Shown piece by piece: positions 29,599 through 39,144 of a stretch of 64,000 bases of DNA (position 1 is the stretch's first letter; every line of letters starts with the position of its first letter). A program made the translations under genes and the position numbers. Under the pieces are notes generated by a model that saw only the letters and a program-made list of their open reading frames with translations, did no database searches and was not told the DNA's origin. Source of the stretch: Chloroflexota bacterium (GTDB lineage: Bacteria; Chloroflexota; Anaerolineae; UBA2200; JACIWT01); the NCBI GenBank assembly GCA_014360825.1, contig JACIWT010000005.1:16248-80247 (forward strand), read 5' to 3'.

Positions 29599-31865
29599 GG
29601 ACTCGCCTCCCATCCTGTCAAAGTAGATGGTTCAGACGCAGAAATCGGCGCTGTGTACTCACCTGGAAACTCCCGTGCAGCATGAAGGGCGGGGTAGAAA
29701 CCTCCCGCCAGACCCGTGAACAGGCCCAACAACACGCTGGTGATGAAGAGCCGTGGTGTAGACACCAGCACTGGTATATCCTGCTGCACCAAAATATAAC
29801 TGCTGTTCACCCACGAGGCTGCCCCCCAGCCGAGAAACGCACCGCACAGTCCCGCTATCCCGCCCAGGAGCGCTGCCCAGCCCAGGTACTCGGCGAAAAT
29901 ATCCGCTTCGGTGGCCCCGACGAGTTTCTTCAGTCGTATCCCCTCTCGTTGCGAAGCGACGGTCAGCGCGAGGGCAGCAGCGAGGCCTAAGCCAGATAAC
30001 GCCAGCCCCAGAAACCCAATGCCCCAGCGGACAGTATTATACACGACGCGGAGACGCAGGATGGCAACATCCAGGGTTTCTCTGACCACACTCTGCGCCG
30101 CCGGGAAGCCTGCCACAGCCTCCAGTAGCAGCGAGTCAACGGGTTGGACGGTGGCTTCCGTCACCAAAGCAGCCACTCGATTCAAGTACTCTGCTCTATC
30201 TTCTGCCCTCGTCACGGGGGGCACGAATAGAGTTATCTTGTCCACGGCGTAAGGGTCGCCCATGATCTGGCGGAAAGTTGTCAGTGGGATGTCCACGCGG
30301 AAATTGGCATCGTGGGGGAAGCCATACGGTACACGCGCCCAGATGCCAACCACCACGAAATCCCGCTCCCGGATGGTCAGCGTCTCGCCGATCCTCAATC
30401 CCCGCTGCTGTGCCAGATCGTAGCCGACCACCGCCTCCCATTCTGCCCCTGGCGATAGAGTCCGCCCCTCGGCCAGGTGAACCGGGTATAGCACCGAGAG
30501 GCCGGGGTATCCGGTGGAGGTTTGTAGCCCGTAGAGGACGCCTGATGCCGGCCGTAGAGACTGCCAGCCCAGTTCATCTTCGTTGACAGGGCCGCTATAG
30601 GCTTCGAGCACTATTCCGCTCACCGCGGGCAATCGTCCCAACTCGTGCGTCAGGCGGCGCGAACCACGCAGGGCTTGCAGCAACACTCGGTCTCGCCCCA
30701 GATTCTGCGCTATGGACAAGGTCGCCTGCAACGATTCCCCCCAAGATCCGGCCACAAACTGTGCCGCCACCACCAAAACTACGCTTGCCACAACTGCAAC
30801 CAGTGCCACGGGCCAGCCCGCGCGCTCCCAGCGCCATTTGGCCCAAGCCAGCCCTATGGTCAATGCGAGTGCCGTAACAGCCAGGGAGCCGATAACCAGC
30901 CGGGGCGTTACCACGCACGGTGTAAGCGCATAGTTGTTGCGCACCCAATTGTTTATGGCGAACGTGGCCATCCAGCCCAGCACCAGTCCCGCCACTGCCC
31001 CGATCGAGCCGAATAGCACCAAAGTTTCAGACAGCCCATCGCCTTGCGCTGCGGTAGCGTGCGCCACGGCAAACGTCACCGGCGTCGCCACAAGCAAAAT
31101 GAGTACGGCCACCAAGGCGGTCAGTGCCGAGGTAACGAGGACCGCGCGGCGCACTCCCGACCACTCTGTATCAGGGGAGACCACGTTCAACCCGTCTATT
31201 TCACTCCAAATGCGTTTGGCGACAGCCTCGGGCGAATATCCGGGGGCCGTCCAGGCGGTGATAGTGTCGTAGCGATTGGGAGACGCGCCGAGGATGTAGA
31301 CGGCGGCGTCATAACTCACCTGGGCGAAATTGCCACGCCGGATAGCCGATGGCCCCCAGATGCCGACCACGGTGAAGGGATGGCCTTGTATTTCGATGGA
31401 ATTGCCAACCCGGAGTCCGACCTGTTGCGCCAACTCGAAGCCTAGGACGCACTCGTCCATGCTATCGGGCTCCGGGAGGCGGCCCTGCACCAGACCTACG
31501 CCAGGGCTAGGGGGCGGATAACAGCGGGCAGGCCACTCGGAATCCGTGCCGGAGAAAGTCACCGTGGTCCAGTTCAGGCCACGGAGGTCCGTGCTGGCAA
31601 ACTGACCCGATATGGTAGCGGCCACTGCTGCCACGCCCTCAACACGCCGCACTTCTCGCATCACATAATCTTTGTCAGTGGCCGAGGATGAACGCGCACT
31701 TATGGTGATCGGATAGCCCTCCGCGCGGGATCGAGATTCTACGGCCGGGTATCGTTCAGCGACTGACCCCGTTAGGAGGAGGGAACACGCGCTGAGGAAC
31801 AAAACGATTGTCAGCAGGTCGGGGGCCAGGGCAGAGTGGCGGGAACGGTTTGGGAGAAAAGGCAT
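29595..31865 (-). CDS. MacB/FtsX-family ABC permease with duplicated extracytoplasmic core domains
   Basis: Two GRxL..VLG..LA..GL.VG..I.I....F.VVGI segments; EGIRLKKLVGA; FYPALHAA. Confidence 0.8.
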   Translation of the reverse strand: MPFLPNRSRHSALAPDLLTIVLFLSACSLLLTGSVAERYPAVESRSRAEGYPITISARSSSATDKDYVMREVRRVEGVAAVAATISGQFASTDLRGLNWTTVTFSGTDSEWPARCYPPPSPGVGLVQGRLPEPDSMDECVLGFELAQQVGLRVGNSIEIQGHPFTVVGIWGPSAIRRGNFAQVSYDAAVYILGASPNRYDTITAWTAPGYSPEAVAKRIWSEIDGLNVVSPDTEWSGVRRAVLVTSALTALVAVLILLVATPVTFAVAHATAAQGDGLSETLVLFGSIGAVAGLVLGWMATFAINNWVRNNYALTPCVVTPRLVIGSLAVTALALTIGLAWAKWRWERAGWPVALVAVVASVVLVVAAQFVAGSWGESLQATLSIAQNLGRDRVLLQALRGSRRLTHELGRLPAVSGIVLEAYSGPVNEDELGWQSLRPASGVLYGLQTSTGYPGLSVLYPVHLAEGRTLSPGAEWEAVVGYDLAQQRGLRIGETLTIRERDFVVVGIWARVPYGFPHDANFRVDIPLTTFRQIMGDPYAVDKITLFVPPVTRAEDRAEYLNRVAALVTEATVQPVDSLLLEAVAGFPAAQSVVRETLDVAILRLRVVYNTVRWGIGFLGLALSGLGLAAALALTVASQREGIRLKKLVGATEADIFAEYLGWAALLGGIAGLCGAFLGWGAASWVNSSYILVQQDIPVLVSTPRLFITSVLLGLFTGLAGGFYPALHAAREFPGEYTAPISASEPSTLTGWEASP

Positions 31866-32011
31866 GTTTTTATTCTCTTCTGGATTTCGCTCCTATATTA
31901 ACACAAGTACAAAGCCCGTTTGGTTCATTTGGCTGCGCCATAGGCATTTATGCCTATTTAGATACCAAATAGTTACGTCATTTAGCCACATGAAATTTAG
32001 TAATCCGACTG

Positions 32012-32040
32012 ATGTCAGAGCAAGCAAAATATTATACAAT
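32012..32040 (+). promoter_or_regulatory. Possible sigma70 promoter
   Basis: ATGTCA-17 nt-TACAAT in an AT-rich intergenic region. Confidence 0.45.
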
Positions 32041-32045
32041 GAAGG

Positions 32046-32175
32046 CGAGATAACGGCAAGTGCTTTGGGCCGAGAAGCACTGCCCTTCCAATCTCTCTCC
32101 TCCTTTTTAACCGACAGCGGGCCCTGGTGGGCGGGGTTGAGATGCCCTGCCCACTCCGCTGGCGGCGTTTTTGTT
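32046..32175 (+). ncRNA. Candidate sRNA or leader with CU-rich linker between two hairpins
   Basis: Hairpin 32055-32084, TCTCTCTCCTCCTTTTT, GC hairpin 32115-32161, T-run 32168-32172. Confidence 0.35.
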
Positions 32176-32285
32176 TCCTGCCATCGGATTTTTCCCGACT
32201 AAGAACGTGTCGTGTGAAACCAGGGCGGACTATCGCACGTCTTCTTATATAAAGCGCGATTATCTTAGTGCCAAGGAGGTAGATT

Positions 32286-32723
32286 TTGTCGACAGGGTTT
32301 TTGGGAACTAAGGCCGGCTTGGTAGCCGACGTCAATTTGGTGGCGCAAGGGATCATGGTGCTCGCCATTCTCTATGGTCTCATTCGTGTCAAACAGAGGG
32401 CTGTGTCTCTGCACTGCAACATCATGACGACCCTCGCGATAGTCAATGGCATTTTGATCATCGGGATTATGAATCCCTCGTTCTTTCGCGCACTGCCGGC
32501 AGCACGACATAATCTCGCAGGTGTCAATCTGCTCCTATTGGGGCACGCTGGGTTGGGTGCGCTGGCCGAAATACTCGCCATCTACGTGGTGATCAAGACG
32601 CGGAGCAATCTGCTCGCGCCCCCATCGCTGCGAAACACCCGCACGGTGATGCGCGTGACTTGGGTGCTCTGGCTGTTGAACGCACTGTGCGGCGGCCTTT
32701 TGTATGCCCTCTGGTATCTATGA
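32286..32723 (+). CDS. DUF420-like membrane protein
   Basis: 4 TM; GFLGTKA..ADVNL, H..IM, GHAGLG; AAGGAGG RBS before TTG. Confidence 0.7.
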   Translation: MSTGFLGTKAGLVADVNLVAQGIMVLAILYGLIRVKQRAVSLHCNIMTTLAIVNGILIIGIMNPSFFRALPAARHNLAGVNLLLLGHAGLGALAEILAIYVVIKTRSNLLAPPSLRNTRTVMRVTWVLWLLNALCGGLLYALWYL

Positions 32724-32906
32724 GTTCGAAGTTGTCTTCTGTCAGAACTCCCTCTGACTCTCTGTTACATCCAGCCGGTGCCAGACACCGGCTGGATGTA
32801 CGTTTATGGGTCGGCAATGTGCGTACCTCGCGACCGTTATCTGCTTGCCCAAAGCCCGAGATGCCAGTATAATCGAGATGGCAGTTTACATTGAGGAGGA
32901 AGGGAA

Positions 32907-33416
32907 ATGCCTATCGCCACAGACCTGACCGCATCCGAAGTCTTGGGAATTGCCATCAAGTCCGAGATAGATGCGGCCACCGTGTACGACCACTTGGCCA
33001 AGAGGATACGCAATCGCGCTCTATCTGAGAAAATCACCTTCCTGCGCAAAGAGGAGGAGCAGCATCGCCGCCTGCTCGAGGAGATGTTTGCCCGGAATTT
33101 CCCCGGCGTGAAATTGCTTCTGCCGGAGAAGGGGCTGCACCCCGAGATGAGCATAGAAGTGACAAGAAGCATGACGGTGCCAGAACTTTTCGAACTGGCG
33201 ATGGAAGCCGAGGAGACCTCGCGGGATTTCTATGCCGACCTGGCCGAAAGGTCGGAGGATGAGAGCGGCAGGGCTACCCTTCGCTATCTGAGCAATATGG
33301 AAAGCGACCATTATTACCTGCTCAGGACTGAATACGAGATGGTCACCCGGTTTCCCGGCTACTACGACGCCGATGATTTTCACGTGGGTATGGACCTGAT
33401 CCACGTCGGTCCTTAG
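32907..33416 (+). CDS. Ferritin-like/rubrerythrin-family protein
   Basis: AIKSE..Y, EEEQH, AMEAE..FY, MESDH diiron motifs. Confidence 0.9.
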   Translation: MPIATDLTASEVLGIAIKSEIDAATVYDHLAKRIRNRALSEKITFLRKEEEQHRRLLEEMFARNFPGVKLLLPEKGLHPEMSIEVTRSMTVPELFELAMEAEETSRDFYADLAERSEDESGRATLRYLSNMESDHYYLLRTEYEMVTRFPGYYDADDFHVGMDLIHVGP

Positions 33417-33434
33417 CACAAGGGGGATAAGACA

Positions 33435-34643
33435 ATGAAATTCGTGATCGTGGGCAATGGCGTGGCCGGCATCACGGTGGCCCGCTTCCTATCTGAGAAT
33501 AGCCCGGAGAACCAGGTGATTATCTACACGGCGGAACAGTTCCCCTACTATCCTCGCCCTCGCCTCCCGGAGTTCTTGGCAGGAGAGATCGCACAGGAGG
33601 AACTGTACTTTTATCCGCCCGAGTGGTATGAGCAAAGGCGGATCATAGTGCATCTGGGAACTCCGATAGAGGGTTTGGATCGGGCGGCAAAGCAGGTGCT
33701 CCCTAAGGGCAAACCCGCTGAGGCATACGATCGGCTTTTGTTGGCCAGCGGGGGCTATGCCTTCGTCCCGCCCATTGAGGGGAAAGATCAGCAAGGGGTC
33801 TTTGTCCTGCGCACGCTGCAAGATGCACTGAACATCCGGGCCTACGCTCAGAACGTGCACCGGGCCATCGTCATCGGCGGGGGACTATTAGGAATGGAGG
33901 CCGCACGGGGCCTGCGCAAACTGGGGTTGGAGGTCACGGTCCTCGAGTCGGCCCCTTATTGTCTGCCCCGCCAACTGGATGCGAAGGGCGCTTCGGTCTT
34001 CGAGAAGTATGCCACGGGACTGGGGCTGAAGATACTCACGCACGCATCATGTGAGGCCATCCTCGGCAATGGCTCGGTCAGCGGCATCCGTCTCACCGAT
34101 GGACGCACGCTCGACGGCGAGATCGTGCTCATCTCTACCGGCGTGCGCTCGAATGTGGCGCTGGCCAAGGAGGCCGGGCTGGTGGTGAACAAGGGCGTGG
34201 TGGTGGACGAGCATCTCACCACCTCGGACCCAGCGATCTTCGCGGCGGGTGACGTGGCCGAATTCAAGGGCCAGGTGTGGGGCATCATCCCGGCGGCCAT
34301 TGACCAAGCGCGAGTGGCCTGGCAGAATATGATCTCACCCAACTCTGCATCCTATCAGGGCACAGTGCCCTCCAACACGCTGAAAATCGTGGGCATTGAC
34401 CTGACCACCATCGGTAAATTTGATCCCGAGGGCGAGCCTTATCAGGTTTATCGGAGGGTAGGGGAAGAGAAGGGCATCTACAAGAAATTGGTGCTCCAAG
34501 ATGGTGTGATCGTGGGCACCATTCTCTTGGGCGATAAGAGACCGGTTGGCCCTATCAGTCGGCTGATCCAAGAGGGGAGAAATGTCTCAGCCTACGCCGA
34601 GCATTTATTGGATGACGATTTTGATTTCAACACCATTGCGTGA
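33435..34643 (+). CDS. NAD(P)/FAD-dependent oxidoreductase (NADH:rubredoxin oxidoreductase/NirB-N-like)
   Basis: GNGVAG, YDRLLLASG, GGGLLGME, TSDPAIFAAGDVAE. Confidence 0.9.
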   Translation: MKFVIVGNGVAGITVARFLSENSPENQVIIYTAEQFPYYPRPRLPEFLAGEIAQEELYFYPPEWYEQRRIIVHLGTPIEGLDRAAKQVLPKGKPAEAYDRLLLASGGYAFVPPIEGKDQQGVFVLRTLQDALNIRAYAQNVHRAIVIGGGLLGMEAARGLRKLGLEVTVLESAPYCLPRQLDAKGASVFEKYATGLGLKILTHASCEAILGNGSVSGIRLTDGRTLDGEIVLISTGVRSNVALAKEAGLVVNKGVVVDEHLTTSDPAIFAAGDVAEFKGQVWGIIPAAIDQARVAWQNMISPNSASYQGTVPSNTLKIVGIDLTTIGKFDPEGEPYQVYRRVGEEKGIYKKLVLQDGVIVGTILLGDKRPVGPISRLIQEGRNVSAYAEHLLDDDFDFNTIA

Positions 34644-34660
34644 AGGAGGCAAGTGTGGCA

Positions 34661-35440
34661 ATGAATTTGATGGGCAAACGAGTGGCAGTTCTGGCGGAGG
34701 ATTTGTACGAGGACCAGGAGTTGTGGTATCCGGTGCTGCGGCTGCGTGCTGCGGGTGCCCAGGTGCAGATCATCGGTTCGGGGAGTGCCTCGCGCTATCA
34801 TGGCAAGTATGGTTGCCCCGTTGACGTAGATGCAGCCGTCGCCGATGTGGCCGACGTGGATTTCGACGCCGTGGTGATCCCTGGCGGCTACGCGCCGGAC
34901 AAAATGCGTCGCTACCCAGAGGTCCTCTCATTTGTCAGAAGGGCGCACGAGCGGGGCAAGGTGGTGGCTGCCATCTGCCATGCTCCGTGGGTGCTCATCT
35001 CGGCGGGCATCCTCAAGGGGCGCACCGTCACGGGCTTCAGCGCGATCAAGGACGATTTGGTGAACGCCGGCGCGACGTTTGTGGATCGAGAGGTAGTGCG
35101 CGATGGCAATATCATTACTTCGCGGCGGCCTGATGATCTGCCTGCCTTTGGCGAGGCGATCATCGCAGCTCTGGGTGAGGCGGAGACGGGCGATCTATCC
35201 GCGGTCACTGAGCAGACGTCGGCAATAGATGCGTTGCGCATCGCCATCCGGGCTGAGGAGTCGGCCAAGGCTTTCTACACCCAGGCAATGAGGCGGACGA
35301 AGGACCCGGCGGCCAAAAATATGTTCAAGCAACTGGCTGCCGAGGAGGAGCGCCACCGCGAGATCATTTTCAAGGAATACCAACACCTGACTGCAGATCC
35401 AGATTGGGATCGCTACGGTATCTGGCGCGAAGTAGTGTAG
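34661..35440 (+). CDS. PfpI/DJ-1-family protein fused to a C-terminal ferritin-like half domain
   Basis: EDQELWYP, IPGGYAPD, AAICHAP, ITSRRPDDL; C-terminal AIRAEESAKAFY..LAAEEERH. Confidence 0.88.
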   Translation: MNLMGKRVAVLAEDLYEDQELWYPVLRLRAAGAQVQIIGSGSASRYHGKYGCPVDVDAAVADVADVDFDAVVIPGGYAPDKMRRYPEVLSFVRRAHERGKVVAAICHAPWVLISAGILKGRTVTGFSAIKDDLVNAGATFVDREVVRDGNIITSRRPDDLPAFGEAIIAALGEAETGDLSAVTEQTSAIDALRIAIRAEESAKAFYTQAMRRTKDPAAKNMFKQLAAEEERHREIIFKEYQHLTADPDWDRYGIWREVV

Positions 35441-35526
35441 TTTGCCCTGGTGAGAGTTAACCGTGAAGACACAGAGGAAATCAAAAGGGGGTCTTTGTGT
35501 CTTCTTGCGGAATGAGGAGGGAGCCA

Positions 35527-35718
35527 ATGAAACGGAGGAGGGAAGAGAAAGCCCGATGTGCCAACTGTGGGGAGGTATTAGGCCCCAAGCCGATCCAGAG
35601 GGGCAATCAGCTCTATTGCTGCCAGGCCTGCGCATTCGAGGCTCAGCGGGCCAAGGATTGCGGCGGGCGCGCCGATAGCGTGATCACCAAAGGTATCGTC
35701 GAACCGAGAGAGAAGTGA
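35527..35718 (+). CDS. Small Cys-rich metal-binding protein
   Basis: CANC..YCCQAC..C; GAGGAGG RBS; stop overlaps next start (GTGA). Confidence 0.6.
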   Translation: MKRRREEKARCANCGEVLGPKPIQRGNQLYCCQACAFEAQRAKDCGGRADSVITKGIVEPREK

Positions 35719-36332
35719 ACATCCGTATCTTGGCCGTAGCGGGCAGTCCCAGGCGCGGCGGTAACTCCGAGACCCTCCTGGACCAAGCCATTGCCGGCGC
35801 GGAGTCGCAGGGCGCTCTGGTCGAGAAGGTTGTGCTCCAGGGCTTGAAGATCGCACCGTGTATCGAGTGTGACCGCTGTTTCCAGACTGGGCGCTGCGCT
35901 GTGCAGGATGACTATCAGGTCTTATACGACAAACTCCTGGCCTATGAAGGGGTGATATTGGCCGCGCCCATCTTCTTTATGAATGTGAGCGCCCAAGCCA
36001 AAGCGTTCATTGACCGCTGCCAATGCCTCTGGGCGATGAAATACGTCCTCCGCCAACCGTTGCCCCCCACGTCCTCGGGACTGTCTCGTCGGGCGGCATT
36101 TATCGCCACGGCAGGGTCACCCCGAACCAAATTCGATTGTGCCCTTTCCACCGTGCGGGCTTTCACCAATACCCTGGATGCGACCTACAACGGTGATGTG
36201 CTCATCAATGGAATAGATGAAAAGGGCGCAGTCTCGGCATACCCCGATGTGCTACGAAGGGCCTTCGCGTTAGGTGAGAAGTTAGCACTCGCAGGGCTTA
36301 ACCCAGATGAAGTGCCCTTGAAGCCAAGGTAG
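35715..36332 (+). CDS. Flavodoxin family / iron-sulfur flavoprotein (NADPH-dependent FMN reductase)
   Basis: GSPRRGGNS, CIECDRC..C, APIFF, KAFIDR. Confidence 0.9.
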   Translation: MNIRILAVAGSPRRGGNSETLLDQAIAGAESQGALVEKVVLQGLKIAPCIECDRCFQTGRCAVQDDYQVLYDKLLAYEGVILAAPIFFMNVSAQAKAFIDRCQCLWAMKYVLRQPLPPTSSGLSRRAAFIATAGSPRTKFDCALSTVRAFTNTLDATYNGDVLINGIDEKGAVSAYPDVLRRAFALGEKLALAGLNPDEVPLKPR

Positions 36333-36436
36333 TAACGCGCATCCCCTTCATTTCCCCGATAAATTAGAATGAGCGCTGCGATAGTCTATTCGCGCCTTCG
36401 GCCCTCGTATCCTGTTGCTGAGCGAACCGCTGGGAT

Positions 36437-36497
36437 TTGACAATTCGCTCGACCTGTGGTATAATTGCAAATAATTGCATAAACAAAGATATGCAAT
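36437..36497 (+). promoter_or_regulatory. Consensus sigma70 promoter with downstream palindromic operator(s)
   Basis: TTGACA-17 nt-TATAAT (36437-36465); TGCAA-ATAA-TTGCA (36466-36479) and ATTGCATA-N8-TATGCAAT (36474-36497). Confidence 0.75.
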
Positions 36498-36531
36498 AAA
36501 TTCCACGAGTCGGGTAGAAAGGAGCGAGGGT

Positions 36532-37182
36532 ATGCACATTCCAGATGGTTTCATCAATGTGGCCACGGCCGCCGTTACCTACGCGGGCTCGGGGGCGGCG
36601 GTTGCCTACGCGGTGAAGAGGACGAACAAGGAACTGGGGGAGAAAGAGGTGCCATTCCTGGGGGTGATGGCAGCCTTTATCTTCGCCGCGCAGATGCTCA
36701 ACTTCCCAGTGGCGGGTGGTACATCTGGACATCTGCTGGGAGGTGCGCTGGCTGCCATTCTCTTGGGCCCGTGGTCGGCGATGCTGGCCCTTACTGCTGT
36801 CTTGGTGGTACAGGCGCTGGCGTTTCAAGATGGTGGCATCATTGCCCTTGGAGCCAACGTGTTTAACATGGCGGTCGTGGGCGTCTTGGTAGGCTATTTC
36901 ACCTACGTTGGGGTGCGTCGGCTGTTTCGCGAGAGCAATACGGCCACGTTCGCCGGCGCTATTGTGGCCTCATGGCTATCGGTGGTGGTGGCTTCCGGGT
37001 TCGCTGCCCTGGAATTAGCCATTTCCGGCACATCGCCTCTCGGTGTGGCGCTTCCGGCGATGCTCTCGGTGCACGCCCTGATCGGCATCGGAGAGGCGAT
37101 CATCACCGTGGCTGTGCTCTCTTTCCTCATGGCCACCCGTCCCGATCTATTACAACTCCACGCCAGGAAATCGGAGGTGTAA
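36532..37182 (+). CDS. cbiM: ECF Co/Ni transporter S component
   Basis: MHIPDG N-terminus, FAAQMLNFP, GTSGHLLG, DGGIIALGAN. Confidence 0.93.
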   Translation: MHIPDGFINVATAAVTYAGSGAAVAYAVKRTNKELGEKEVPFLGVMAAFIFAAQMLNFPVAGGTSGHLLGGALAAILLGPWSAMLALTAVLVVQALAFQDGGIIALGANVFNMAVVGVLVGYFTYVGVRRLFRESNTATFAGAIVASWLSVVVASGFAALELAISGTSPLGVALPAMLSVHALIGIGEAIITVAVLSFLMATRPDLLQLHARKSEV

Positions 37183-37184
37183 CT

Positions 37185-37466
37185 ATGAAAAGCAGATGGT
37201 GGGTGGTGGGGTTGATCTTGGCGCTGGCCGTGGTGCTGCTTTCACCATTGGCCTCACCCGAGCCGGACGGTTTGGAGCGCGTGGCCGAAGATCAGGGGTT
37301 CATTGACCGGGCGCTGGAGCCATTTTATGAGATCCTGCCGGACTACACCGTCCCTCTGCTGGGTGAGTCGCCACTCTCCACGATTGTCGCCGGGCTGATC
37401 GGCACCGTGCTCGTGTTCGTGGTCACCTTCGGTGCGGCAAATATGCTGAAGAAACGCAGCGGATAA
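37185..37466 (+). CDS. PDGLE-domain protein (CbiN/NikN-like)
   Basis: ASPEPDGLERVA, LPDY. Confidence 0.9.
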   Translation: MKSRWWVVGLILALAVVLLSPLASPEPDGLERVAEDQGFIDRALEPFYEILPDYTVPLLGESPLSTIVAGLIGTVLVFVVTFGAANMLKKRSG

Positions 37467-37520
37467 TCGGCACTCGTGTGGGGCAGGCTGGGCTATGCCT
37501 GCCCCCTGCCAGGAGCCAGG

Positions 37521-38312
37521 ATGTTGGTGGAGCCACTGAATTACTGCCACGATACAGATAGCCTCGTCCACCTTCTGGATGCGCGCATCAAGTTCATCGG
37601 CACATTGGCGTTCGTGCTGGCTGTGACGGCCACGCCAAACGGAGAGTGGGGGGCATTCGCGGTACTTTTCGGCATCTTTCTGGGATTGACATTGTTGGCT
37701 CGTATCGGGCCAGTGGCTATCCTTCGCCGCTCTGTGATCGCGCTGCCCTTCCTGCTCATCGTTCTCGTTTCCATTCCCTTCACTCAGGGCGGCAAAGCCC
37801 TCTTTTCTGTCTCGATCCTGCGCTGGACGCTCCCGATTACCAGTGAGGGAATAGAGATGTTTATCAGCGTGGCGCTGAAGTCATGGCTTTCGGTGCTCAT
37901 AGTTGGTTTGCTCTTGTACACGACGCCTTTCACCGAGTTGGTGCGCGGCATGCAGCATTTGGGTCTGCCTGCAGTGCTCATCAACATCGTTTCGTCTATG
38001 TATCGCTATCTTTTCGTATTGCTGGATGAAGCAGAACGGCTGGAGCGGGCGCGGGCGAGTCGCAGCGCGGACCCCGGAGGCAAGGGCGGCGGTGCGCTCA
38101 TCTGGCAGGCGAAGGTGCTCGGTGGCATGATCGGCAGTCTGTTCATGCGCAGTTACGAGCGAAGCGAGCGCATTTACCAGGCGATGCTGTCCCGCAACTT
38201 CGCTGGTGAGATCCGAAGCCTCCAAGAGAGTGCCTTGGGACGCAAGGACCTCCTTTTGATGACTGTCTTCCTATCACTCCTCTTCGTTGTGGAAATATGG
38301 GCGAATTTGTAA
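37521..38312 (+). CDS. cbiQ: ECF transporter T component
   Basis: LDARIK, YRYLFVL, RSYERSERIYQAMLSR. Confidence 0.92.
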   Translation: MLVEPLNYCHDTDSLVHLLDARIKFIGTLAFVLAVTATPNGEWGAFAVLFGIFLGLTLLARIGPVAILRRSVIALPFLLIVLVSIPFTQGGKALFSVSILRWTLPITSEGIEMFISVALKSWLSVLIVGLLLYTTPFTELVRGMQHLGLPAVLINIVSSMYRYLFVLLDEAERLERARASRSADPGGKGGGALIWQAKVLGGMIGSLFMRSYERSERIYQAMLSRNFAGEIRSLQESALGRKDLLLMTVFLSLLFVVEIWANL

Positions 38313-38334
38313 GCAAACAATTTTTAGTGGAGCC

Positions 38335-39048
38335 ATGAACCGCGTGATCGAAATCATGAATTTACACTACACCTATCCGGATGGGCATGTTGCTCTCAGA
38401 GGAGTGAATCTCACCGTTAGCGAGGGCGAGCGGGTCGCAGTGACCGGTCCTAATGGGGCGGGGAAGTCCACCCTGTGTTTGCACCTGAACGGCGTACTGC
38501 GCGGGCAGGGCACGGTGCGCATCCTGGGCATGGATGTGAGCGACGGACACCTGGGAGTGATCCGCGCCCGCGTGGGCTTGGTTTTCCAAGATCCCAACGA
38601 CCAACTTTTCTCGCCCACCGTCTTCGATGATGTGGCCTTCGGGCCGCTGCACATGGGCTTGCCAGAGCACGAGGTGCGAGAGCGGGTGCGCTGGGCGCTG
38701 GCCCAAGTGGGGATGTCGGGTTTCGAGGGACGGATGCCCCATCGCCTGAGCCTGGGCGAGCGCAAACGGGTGGCCATCGCCACCGTGCTATCTATGCAAC
38801 CCACCTTGCTGGTGCTCGATGAACCTTCACTGGGGCTTGACCCTCGCGCCCGCCGCGAACTCATTGACCTCCTCGCCGCTTTGCCCCAGACTATGCTCGT
38901 CGCCAGCCACGATATGCTTTTGGTGCGCGACCTGTGTGAGCGCACGGTGATTCTGGACCAGGGCAAGATCGTGGCCGACGGGAGAACAGCCGACATCCTA
39001 CAAGATACTACATTGCTGAAAGAGCACGGCCTGGAATTGCCACTCTGA
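38335..39048 (+). CDS. cbiO: ECF transporter ATPase
   Basis: GPNGAGKST, FQDPNDQLF, LSLGERKR, LDEP. Confidence 0.92.
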   Translation: MNRVIEIMNLHYTYPDGHVALRGVNLTVSEGERVAVTGPNGAGKSTLCLHLNGVLRGQGTVRILGMDVSDGHLGVIRARVGLVFQDPNDQLFSPTVFDDVAFGPLHMGLPEHEVRERVRWALAQVGMSGFEGRMPHRLSLGERKRVAIATVLSMQPTLLVLDEPSLGLDPRARRELIDLLAALPQTMLVASHDMLLVRDLCERTVILDQGKIVADGRTADILQDTTLLKEHGLELPL

Positions 39049-39144
39049 TGATGGAGAAGAGGCTGCCATATAGCCTGCCATTGGATGCAATGGCGGGCTT
39101 TTCCTTTTCCCCGAGATGCGGTATAATATGCACAGAGGTAGGCG

